DNA of 64,000 nucleotides from Mytilus californianus (Eukaryota): NCBI RefSeq assembly GCF_021869535.1, contig NW_026262626.1, positions 9,920,001 to 9,984,000 of the forward strand, read 5' to 3'. Shown piece by piece: positions 47,848 to 58,498 of this stretch (position 1 is its first letter; each line of letters starts with the position of its first letter). The notes under the pieces were generated by a model. It saw only the letters and a program-made list of their open reading frames with translations, ran no database searches and was not told where the DNA came from. The position numbers and the translations under genes were made by a program.

Positions 47848-47889
47848 GCGTTCCTGATGAAGGTAAATCCAGAAAAGCGCTTCGGACGC
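47848..47889 (+). ncRNA. Minimal type I hammerhead ribozyme variant (Penelope-associated type)
   Basis: Stem I GCGTTC/GGACGC, core CTGATGA, short stem II A-GG-TAAAT-CC-A, GAA, palindromic stem III AAGCGCTT, cleavage C at 47883. Confidence 0.7.
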
Positions 47890-49350
47890 ATAAAATTTAT
47901 AACGTATTGATTTCATATTGTCATATGGTTATCATAATCACAGTACTTAGTGAATTAACTCTGTATACAAATACTTTATTAGAACATCGATTGCTCGATT
48001 GTACAGCAATCCTGCATTAATCTGTCACTTTTGGGAAGTATCTAAAGTAACCGCTCAAGAGAGGTGACCTTTGAAATGAGGTTCCGAAAAAAAAATTTGA
48101 ATCCGAGATCTCCTATGGTCGGGATCGGGGAAAATTATTTTTGTCTTTTCAATTGGTAGAGTTATAGTTCTTGCGTCAGTGAAATAAAAAAAAAATGGCG
48201 AATTCTGGCGCTGTAACGGGAAGAAAACATTCAAAATATATATTAACATGATTAATACTCGTTGGAAAATAAGTCGGAGATACGGTTTTCATTGGAAACA
48301 GAAAGGAGTGGAACACGAAGAATTCACGTATTCACCTCCTATTGCAGAATCTCGGTTGCAAACGGGTTCCAATTTTCATTTTGACTTCGATACTGAACAC
48401 ATACATTTTTCGGCATGATTATTTCGGTAGCTAAAAACATTAAAATGACCGTTGTTAAAAGTTGAAATGAAGATTTTGTGCAACAAATAGGTGACCGTTA
48501 GACAGGTGACCGCTGATTTGAGTTTGACTGTAGTTGATTGATAGTCAGAATAAAAACAAATAAATAATATATACCTTTTCAAAGGGTAGGTCATCGGGAC
48601 GAAGGGAGTGAAATGTGTACTGCTACTAGAAAATGATAAAATTAATGCTTGATAGGGACAGACATTTCGCCTTGATACAGGCCACATAAGGACCTCTCAT
48701 AGAGGTCTTGCAACATGACACTCACCCTCAAAAAGACATAGGATTTAACGTTCTCATTCCAACCTGACGTGGTAGTGTATTTATACATCCCGCCAGCCAA
48801 AGCGGACACTAGCAAACATAAGTTATGAAGATCCTAAAACTTTGCCGCTCGGAGAAAGGCGAACTTTTTTTAATGTGTAGTATGCTAAAATTTGATATGT
48901 CTTCTTCGCCGGGTGTTTTGATGTGCCTCCGGCCTGAATTCGCCCATTTGGGGTCATAATTGAAAACATTTCACACAAAGATTAATCCACATAATTATGG
49001 CTTCTTGGAAGGCTATTTTTATATTTGCTCTGACGCTTTTCTGTAAATGAAGGATGTATAAAAATCAAAAAAGAAAAATAACCCCATCAAACATCATTAC
49101 TATTTACCGGGACTTACACAAATTCATTGTCATATGCATGTGAGCCCATGCTAGTATGATAAAAGATAAAACATCTTCTATATTTATAATTTATTGATAT
49201 TGATACCGTATTTCAATTCCTCCTTATTAAGACAGAAAGGATCAGACTACCCTTCGAATCTCTAGATGTAAATGCTAACTTCAATGATACAAACACAACA
49301 ATATACTTTAAATGTATACTTCACAATTGATTTAGAGCTTAACATTCTAT

Positions 49351-49645
49351 CCTTGCATTGGAAATAAACACATTTATTCTAAAACCAGTTATTGTCATGA
49401 TACGGGAAATGTTCTTTTCGTATAATTTATGATGGCTTGATACTTAACCCCTAACGGGAGGGATTTTGGTTGATTTTCATATGATAAAGACATAATCTTT
49501 CAATCAGTTAAATTGAGGTCTGCAGCTGGCATGTCAGTAACTGCTAGTAGTCCTTTATTTTGTTACTTTATGTTTATCATTGTCATGTTGCTTAGTTTAT
49601 TCTGTTACATATTCGTACATCGGACTTAGACTTCTTATAAACCGA
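49351..49645 (+). mobile_element. Short 3'-UTR copy of Sec-Naiad with degenerate SECIS (ATGA 49429, AA 49446, TGAT 49471)
   Basis: Colinear with 6944-7215 and 56955-57215. Confidence 0.8.
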
Positions 49646-50350
49646 TTTTTAACCATATTTGTATTTTTGTTGTGTAACCTATTTGTTTTTTGTTCATTAT
49701 TTTGTACATAAATCAGGCCGTTAATTTTCTCGTTCTATATGTATATTCTATATAGGCGCCTGTCTATTCTATTGTTGACGACTGTACATTGACTCTTACA
49801 TGATTTTTATGTTTTTCTGTGTTTGCTGCTGGGTTGCTATCTCATTGAAGTATATCCACATCTTCTTTTTAAATATCAATTTATATTCCATATGTTGTAG
49901 TATTCTTCTTTGTTCATTGGTTATTAAGATCATGTGATTCAAAGGATATTTATCAATAATGGACTTTTGACGAGGTCGATACGTTATATATGGTACTGGT
50001 CAGATTAAATTTACCGAGGACGAAAATCTAACATAGATATAAGAAGATGTGGTATGAGTGCCAATGAGACAACTCTCCATCCAAGTCACAATTTAAAAAA
50101 AGTAAACCATTATAGGTCAAAGTACGGTCTTCAACACGGAGCCTTGGCTCACACCTTGTCCATATATAAGGTACTGACTGACTAAAAGTCCTTAATTTAT
50201 TTAAAACATATGTAAATAGTGTATTATGAAAATGGACTTCATTGTTCTTTCTGTGTATTTTACATTGTATTTTGCAAGATTTTCAATATTGACCGTCATA
50301 ATATATATATTACTGTTTAGTATTAAATTTATAATTAAGATCCATTTATT

Positions 50351-50783
50351 ACATCGGTGATCCGTTTATTTGGCGATCGCCAATGGCAGTCAGAAGGGTT
50401 TAAGAACATTTGTTGTTCGACCTGTTAGTCAAATGCATTTTGTTAAAATATACCTTTTCACTTTTTTGGTCTTTTGGAAAATGTTGTTTGTGCTGTATTT
50501 AGACCCCTCTAACAAGAAATTTGTTTTGCATGCACACGTATATAAATTGCGGTTTTTATCCAACGCAATCATAGGTTTGAACGTTGTTTTTATACGTGTG
50601 CATGCAAAACAAATTTCTTGATAGAGGGGTCTAAATACATCACAAACAACATTTTCCAAAAGACCAAAAAAGTGAAAAAGTATATTTTAACAAAACGCAT
50701 ATGACCAACAGGTCGAACAACAGATGTTCTTAAACCCTGCTGACTGCCATTGGCGATTGCCAAATAAACGGATCACAAGATGT
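50351..50783. repeat. Palindrome with about 190-bp arms and 48-bp spacer; third partial copy at 51086-51245
   Basis: Arms 50351-50542 and 50591-50783 are reverse complements (5 mismatches in a 60-nt stretch checked). Confidence 0.9.
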
Positions 50784-51932
50784 TACAGAAGTTATTAATT
50801 AAATACCAAACAGAAAACAATAAACTTGCGGAAAAGATTGTATACCGCAAACAAAAGGTGCAAAAATTAGTACACCATATCCGGATTTCGACAATTAATG
50901 TCTCTTCAGTGATGTTGGGTATCGAAACGGTATTTGGAAGGCCATATAATTTACCTCAATTTAGGATACTAGACTCTTGAATTTTGAAGAGTCGAAATAT
51001 TAGAAATAGGATGAACGGATCATATGAAACCGAAGGAAAATATAATACAAGCCCAAACGAAAAAAATATAAACAAGTCTAAATTGAAAACAACGTTCAAA
51101 CCTATGATTGCGTTGGATAAAAACCGCAATTTTTGTACGTGTGCATGCAAAACAAATTTCTTGATAGAGGGGTCTAAATACAGCACAAACAACATTTTCC
51201 AAAAGACCAAAAAAGTGAAAAAGTATATTTTAACAAAAGGCATATAGAAATAGAAACATAGCGTCGTCCATATACTTAAATATGTAATTAATATATATAG
51301 TCAAGAGTTTTTTCTATATATTAAGCTATTGACATCATATTCCAAGTCTGAGTAAATTCGGGATAAAGCAATCAGTTTTAATTAAAATATAACTTATAAA
51401 GGGTTATCATAACAATTGCACAATAATGGCTGTGTTTACACCTCAAAAATTACTCAGAGTATATATAGACAAACATGTGCAGTTGGAATTTTTTTAATGT
51501 ATAGCATACACTAGATCTATGAAGTAAAATGTATTTTGTTTTTTCAGAAAAATAAAATCTTTTTTGGATATTGATCGGCCGTTTAGTGATTAAATAAACA
51601 CCTGAATCACATTTATACTTTCCACTCAGTTACACTATTATCCATATCAATAAAGACAATACATAACAATTGTTTCCTGAGGTGGGCGGGCATAATATCA
51701 AAGATTTTTTCTAAACTTGGTTTATTTTTTACACCTTTGGAAAGAACGGAAAAAAATGCCTATCATAATAAAAAACAATATTTTGTCTTTCTGAAACACA
51801 GAATGCATTTAATTGTCATATAACTAGTTGACGTAGACTTTACATTTTTTCCAGCTGGGCAGGTTTGTCTGTACTCAGAACCTTTTTTTTCAATGTAAGC
51901 AGCCATTTTTGTCCAATTATTATGATAATATG

Positions 51933-52400
51933 AATAAGAAGATGTGGTTCGAGTGCCAATGAGACAACTCTCCATCCAAGTCATAATATATAAAAAGTTA
52001 ACAATTATAGGTCAAAGTACGGCCTTCAACACGGAGCCTTGGCTCACACCGAACAGCAAGCTATAAGGGGCCCCAAAATGACTAGTGTAAAACAATTCAA
52101 ACAGGAAAACCAACGGTCTAAACTATATAAAAAACGAGAAACGAGAAACACCTATAAACCACACCAACAAACGACAACCACTGAATAACAGGCTCCTGAC
52201 TTAGGACAGGTGCATAAAAATGCAGCGGGTTTAAAAGGTTTTATCAGGCGCCAACCTTCACCCTAACCTGAGACAGTAGTGAAACATTACATTCAAATAC
52301 ACACTATAAGATATCAATTGAAATGGCTTAACTCGATCAAAAAGACATTAAAACAAAAACAAGTAAACATAAACAGAACGAATAAGTTTGATATATGACA
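51933..52400 (+). mobile_element. Near-complete copy of the GAAGGCCGTACGG repeat family
   Basis: aataagaagatgtggttcgagtgccaatgagacaactctccatcc...acggccttcaacacggagcc...ggctcctgacttaggacagg. Confidence 0.75.
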
Positions 52401-52470
52401 CAATATAAATACAATATTTACCGTAGGTGTCTATATAACATAGACGTTACAGGTATTAATAAAAAAAAGA

Positions 52471-52643
52471 TTGATTTGATTGATTCTTGGTGTTTTAACG
52501 CCACTTTTAAGCACCGCTTTTGGGCTATTTCGTGGCGGCCAGTTTTTATTGGTGGAGGGAGCCGGAGTGCCCGGAGAAAACCACCGACCTTCGATAGGAA
52601 AACTGACAATCCTAGTCAATTAAGATTGGCCAACGAGGCCCCT
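52471..52643 (-). mobile_element. Internally deleted tRNA-SINE copy
   Basis: Same family as 23308-23565 but lacks about 85 bp including the B box; flanked by taaaaaaaaga and t(A)23ga. Confidence 0.8.
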
Positions 52644-55401
52644 TAAAAAAAAAAAAAAAAAAAAAAAGATGTAGTAAGAGTGTCAATAAGCCAACTCTAA
52701 CCTGGGACAAAATGGCGTTAAATAAAACAACGTAGACAGTTAAATTTAAATGTAATAATTTTGTTGTTCAGAGTACGAGTACATTATTAACGCAATATAC
52801 CTAAAATATATCTCATTTGAAAAACTGGAGACCCACAGTTGAATACAAACAAGAGTTATCCAACTTTTCACATAAAAATGAACAGGATTTTTATAATTGC
52901 TAACAAACATATTTAACCCCGCCACATTCTTTATGTGCGTGTCCCAAGTCAGGAGCCTGTAGTTCAGTGGTTGTCGTTGGTCTGATGTATTTGTTTTTCG
53001 TAAATTGTTTTTTTTATAAAAAAAAAAGTATAACAAAAATACCGAACTCCAAGGTAAATACAAAAAGGGGGAAGTCCATAAAAACTGACAAAATCAAACG
53101 TTATCAATCAACGGAACACATCAATTATTCCGTTAGTTTTATCGTTTGAACTGTTTCACATTTTTTCATAGCCGACTATAAGGTATGGGTTTTTTTCTCA
53201 TTGTTGAATGTCTAAAATTGATTATATCCACTTCAATTGATCTCTGGTGGATAGTTGTCTCATTGGCAATTATACCAAAACCCAATTCTGAATGAATGGC
53301 AATTAATGCTTCTGCTGAACAGACTTAAGAAGTCTAAAATAATTTGACATGCATAAAAAAAAGTGTTGACATATCATGCATACAGGACTTCTATTATCAG
53401 ATACGAACAGAGCATCAAATGTAATAAAAGATGTATTTTGTCACAGAGAAACAGCTCTTTCAACAAATATGTTGACCACTTTTGTATTATTCGTCAACAT
53501 TTATAAACGATAACACAAAGATATGTTTTTAAATCAAAATTTTCTAAACACTGTAAAATTTCAACAGCTCAAAAATATAAAAATGAAAATAAAGAGGCCC
53601 ATTGAGATCGGTAGTTTACACCTTTTTATACAACCTTTTTGCTTCTATTTCAACCAGTGAAAGTAGTTTGTAAAAATAATATAGGCTTACCATATTGCTA
53701 AAAATGGTTAGCTTTTGCATATTTCAGATAAAAACACCCACACATAAATAAAGTTCGATTAACAGAATTAATAAGATTCATCACACAACACCATAAAATC
53801 ATCAACAAATTCTCTGAAACAGAGGATATTTCATTTGGCAGTCAAAAAGGAACCTTCATTGTTGAAGGCCGTACGGTGACCTATGGTTGTAAACTTCTAT
53901 GTCATTTGGTCTCTGGTGGAGAGTTGTCTCATTGGAAATCACACCACATCTTATTTTTTAATTTATACTTACATCATAACTCGTAACTTACCTTAAGTTG
54001 AGAATTTGTACAGATAATGACTTTGTAATTATTTTATTAAGAGTCTATTGTGCTGTCAAAAGACTTCATGAACACAGGGACAATGATTGGCTGTTGTATT
54101 GAGTAGCCCTATAGGTAGCGGTGCTAAATATCTGGACTTGCCTACCTAAAACGAGATACCGTACTACAGTACTTAAAAATCTGGTTACAATACATAAACA
54201 AGATCTGTATTATAATCAAATTGCGGCAGTACACAAGATCTGTATTTCATTCAAATACGTTACTAATACCCGTAACTATGATATTTTTGTGCATAAATAC
54301 TATTCAGACGTTATACAGGTCATGGTTATTGTATACATTGATGAATCATTTTCCCTTTGCATGAAGTTGTAAATATAAACTTTTTCTAGTGTTGAAAAAG
54401 AAATAAAAATTGCTTCTTTAAGTAATAACTGTCAACTTCCATATTTTTCTTGTAGGTGTTTTGCAAAGGAGACAGAAGTTTTTACGAAATACAGTCCAAA
54501 TTTTCATCCAACATAGTCAACATTGGGTCAATAGTATACCTTCTTCGTTTCGGGTAAATGCTTCTTCATTTGTCTATACCCGATTGAGGACTTTTTTTCG
54601 TATTCATAATACTGAAGGAACGACGATTTGCCGGATTTTCAGGAAAAAGCAAGGCTCAAACTAAAAGTGAGATAAGTTTAGATTGTGTAGGTTGTTCACT
54701 AGCAAACAGAAAAAAATAATGCGTTAAGTATCAAGTGCATTTTGTATTCACCTTTTAAAGTAAATCCCCCAATCATTGAAAATTATCATACTAGGTACTT
54801 AGATGTAAAGATGTATACAACTGTAGTTTTGATGATCATTCCGCTAAAAAACAAGTTCCTGGCTATTTTGATAAAACTGAGTTTCCTCTTATTTGTTATG
54901 TTTATACAAAAAAACTACCCGGAAATATGTGCTTAATTACAGCGAAGTGTGTAAAGATGTTAATATCAGTGACAATACACCTACGTCATACAATTGCAGT
55001 AATTCCGAATACATTTATGGCCCCAGTTCCCATGTTATAAAAGGAGACATTAACATCGTCCATGACCGAGAGTTGAAATCATTCCTCAGTAAAGGACCTA
55101 AATATCGGCCCCGTCAATTATTAATTGGAATGAGTGTCGTAACATCATTAACGACTCACTCCGTACTTACTGCACGAAATTGATAAAACGAGAAAAAGCT
55201 GACAAAAAAATCCTTAGATTCTTTTTTTAATTCAGTAATGAACATAGTTGATATTCGTATTAAACATTTTAAAGAACATTTTACTCCTATAACAACAACC
55301 ATAATAGCCCTATTTCTCGTATCAAACATAAGCTAAAAGAACTCGCCAATGAATTTGCTTTTGTCCCGGCTTATAAGGCTGCCAATAATATTATTATTGT
55401 T

Positions 55402-55404
55402 TGA
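55402..55404 (+). other. In-frame TGA at a Cys-equivalent position (candidate selenocysteine codon)
   Basis: gcc aat aat att att att gtt TGA cgt gaa att tac; the frame is open on both sides. Confidence 0.6.
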
Positions 55405-55690
55405 CGTGAAATTTACATTGAGGTTCTGCAAAAGGAAATCACGAATTCACCAACATTCCAATTGACTCCATTTTCGGGAACTGATATATGTAACAAACAT
55501 ACACCTTTAGGTACCTCTTTACCAGCAGAACCAAATACAATGAAATTTCCAACTATGTACTGTCTTCCGAAGCTGCACAAAACAAATAACAACTTATTAC
55601 TATATATTTATTTTGTCTTCAAGCCATTGTTCCTTTACTAAACTGTCTATTCTACTTACTAGCAACTTGGTACAACAAAAACCTGGTAAT

Positions 55691-55828
55691 AAATTGTTTA
55701 CGTTGTTTCGGTGTTTTTCTCTTAAAGTTGATGTGTTTCCCTCGGTTTTGGTTTGTGACCCGGATTTGTTTCAGTTAAATCGATTTATGACTATTGAACA
55801 GCAATATACTACTGTTGCCTTTATTTGA
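55691..55828 (+). mobile_element. Nested repeat fragment interrupting the Naiad RT
   Basis: Matches 1285-1385; the RT frame resumes as NKAFENSGINYFW. Confidence 0.75.
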
Positions 55829-57001
55829 ATAAGGCATTTGAAAATAGTGGAATTAATTACTTTTGGAGTGTCAAAAACTCGTTGGAAGTACTTGATAAAT
55901 TGCATGCTTATATTGGTGATTTTGAATCTGTTCAAAGTTTTGATTTTTCTACCCTATATACCACTTTGCTTCATTATCTCATTAAGAAAACATTCACACA
56001 CCTAATTAAATGGGCCTTTAAAAAGTCAGAATGTAAATATATATGTTCAAACTCTTTTAGGTCATTTTTCATTAACAAAAAAAAAAAAAAAATAGAACTA
56101 TGTCAATTGGACCTGCTTTGATATGATAACTGCACTTGAATTTTTACTAGTTAACCATTTTGTTCGCTAAAGAGATTCCGTATATCTTCAAGTAATCGAA
56201 ATTCCAATGAGGACTAACTGTGCACCACTTATTGCGGACCTGTTTCTGTATTGTTATGAGTTACAATTTATGACTAAAATCAGCAAAGACCCATCGAAAC
56301 AACATCTGATACAAACATTTAACAGCACTTTGAGATTTTCGGATGATATATTGGCTCTCAATAATGACGACTGCAGTATATACACTAACTAGATTTATCC
56401 TGCTGAACTGACTTTAAATAAAGCGAATACTAACAATGAACACTGCCCTTTCCTGGATCTTGATGTCTATATCTTTAACGGGAAGCTTAATACCAAAATT
56501 TACGATAAAAAAGATGATTTTTCTTTTCCTGTTGTTAATTATCCATTTTTAGATGGTGACGTTCCCTTTTAACCATCTTAAGGTGTTTATATATATCTCA
56601 ACTTGTTCGATTCGCTCGTGTATGTAACAACGTATTTGATTTTGACGAAAGAAATCTCTGTATTACTGAAAAATTATTACACCAGGGTTTTCGACTTCAC
56701 AAACTAGTCAAAACATTTACTAAATTTTATCATTGGTACAAGGACATCATTCGTAAATATAAATCAACATGCAGACATCTTATACGTTCAGGTATTTCGC
56801 GTCCAATCTTTTATGGGACGCAATATTCTATACAAAGCACAAAAATGTCGTCATTCACCACAAAAGCTAACCAAATCTCTAAACAGACTTATTCAGAAGG
56901 GATATAGTTACGATACTGTTGTCAGGTCAGTAAAGATGGCATATTTCGAAAATAAACACATTTATTCTAAAACCAGTTGTTGGCATGATACGGGTTATGT
57001 T

Positions 57002-57077
57002 CTTCTCATATATATTATGATGGTATTATACTTAACGCCTAACTGGAGGGATTGTGTTTGATTTTCATATGATGAAG
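57002..57077 (+). promoter_or_regulatory. SECIS element in the 3' UTR of the Naiad copy (partly decayed)
   Basis: CTTCTCATAT / ATATGATGAAG helix I; ATGA 57017; AA 57034; TGAT 57059. Confidence 0.65.
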
Positions 57078-57624
57078 ATCATAATCTTGAGCTGGAACTG
57101 GCATGTCAGTAACTGCTAGTAGTCCTTTGTTAACTTATGTATCATTGTCATTTTGCTTAGTTTCGACTGTTACATATTCTGACATAGGACTCGGACTTCT
57201 TTTAAGCTGAGTTTTACTGTGCGTATTGCTGTGTATTTGTTTATTCTACATTGGCTAGAGGTATAGGGGAGGGTTGAGATCTCACTATACATGTTTAAGC
57301 CCGTCGCATTTTTGCACCTGTCCAAAGTCAGGAGCCTCTGGCCTTTGTTAGTCTTGAATGTTCTTTTAAATTCTAGTTTATTTATATATTTCGGAGTTTA
57401 GTGTGACGTCCATTTTTAATGAAATAGTGCACATTTTTGTTTGGGGGCTAGCTGAAGCCCGCCTCCGGGTGCGGGATTTTCTCGCTGTGTTGAAAACCCA
57501 TTGGTGACCTTGGGCTGTTTTCTACTCTTTAGTCGGGTTGTTGTATCTTTGACACATTCCCCATTTCAATTCTCAATTTTATTTATTCTTCAAATTTCAT
57601 TTCGATATCCAAATCCTTGTGTAT

Positions 57625-57735
57625 ATCATGTTCCGATGGGCGATGGTTCTCTCCGGGCACTCCGGTTCCTCCTCCAATAAAAGAAGGCCACCACAATATA
57701 CAGAAAGGGGGCGTTAAACACCAACAATCAATTAA
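57625..57735 (+). mobile_element. 3' fragment of the tRNA-SINE family
   Basis: ggttctctccgggcactccggttcctcctccaataaaa...ggcgttaaacaccaacaatcaat. Confidence 0.65.
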
Positions 57736-58456
57736 TCTATCTATGGATACATGATTAGGGTTGTCTCCCTTAACATCGTCCCATTTTTTACAAATATCAT
57801 AGACGGGCAAAACATTTATTTTCCATGGTACAATATATATATCACTAGTAGCAAGATTTCAGTCTGAAACGGTCATTTTGGTCTGATCAAGTCTGAATCA
57901 ACTGAATTTACCGCTAGGGAAAAACGTTAAGACTTTTTAAGACTTTCAGACGCTGTTCAGATATGTCGTGTTCAGTCCGTTCATTCATGTCAAGATAAAC
58001 AAGACAGAAGGCTCTAGCTGTTAAACAAGATATGTTAAGACGGTTTTAGATGAATTCAGACCAAACATAAAAAGTAATGTTCAAAATTTTCAGATCGGGT
58101 TAAGATCCGTTTAGTGTGTCAGTATGATATTAGGAGTTACGCCCCTTCATGTGGATGATACATTTTAATTATAAAAAAATTACAATATAAATGCTAGAAT
58201 GAAAAACGTATATTTTTAATAATTAAACATAAAATCATTGGTTGACTTTTTATTTCTGTTGGTCTTTTTTTAAGAGATTAGTGATTTTGTTTTGTTGAGG
58301 AAATAACTTATTCGCCTATAACTGTTTATGATTTTATTTTATTTTTTATTTTCTGATGTTAATTTATGTATTTATCTACTTATTCTTTGAAAAGAAGTAA
58401 TTGAAAATTTTAAACATAACATTATCAAAAGAGTGAAAACACCTTATAAATTTCAT

Positions 58457-58498
58457 GCGTCTGAAGCACGTTTCTGGATTTAACTTCATCGGGAACGA
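58457..58498 (-). ncRNA. Hammerhead-like motif with mutated core (CCGAUGA)
   Basis: TCGTTC-CCGATGA-AGTTAAATCCA-GAA-ACGTGCTT-C-AGACGC. Confidence 0.5.

Larger units (their letters stand above)
54600..57585 (+). mobile_element. Decayed Naiad-type Penelope-like retroelement (selenoprotein type), 5'-truncated
   Basis: Frameshifted peptides SYNC (CxC-linker position), HVIKGDINIV..SKGPKYR, FVPAYKAANNIIIV*R, MYCLPKLHK, FWSVKNS...SFDFSTLYT, PM.TNCAPLIADLFLY.YE, F.DDIL, FLDLDV, KIYDKKDDF..NYPFLDGDVP, YISQLVRFARVC; then a 3' UTR with SECIS. 5' boundary uncertain. Confidence 0.88.

Noticed and set aside
50370-51247. Repeated ORFs on both strands (CTCACKTNF...)
   Set aside because: Explained by the palindrome and its third copy; no splice or motif support
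54457-54664. Acceptor-like site and 67-aa ORF upstream of the Naiad
   Set aside because: No GIY-YIG or other motif recognised; cannot tell host exon from decayed element
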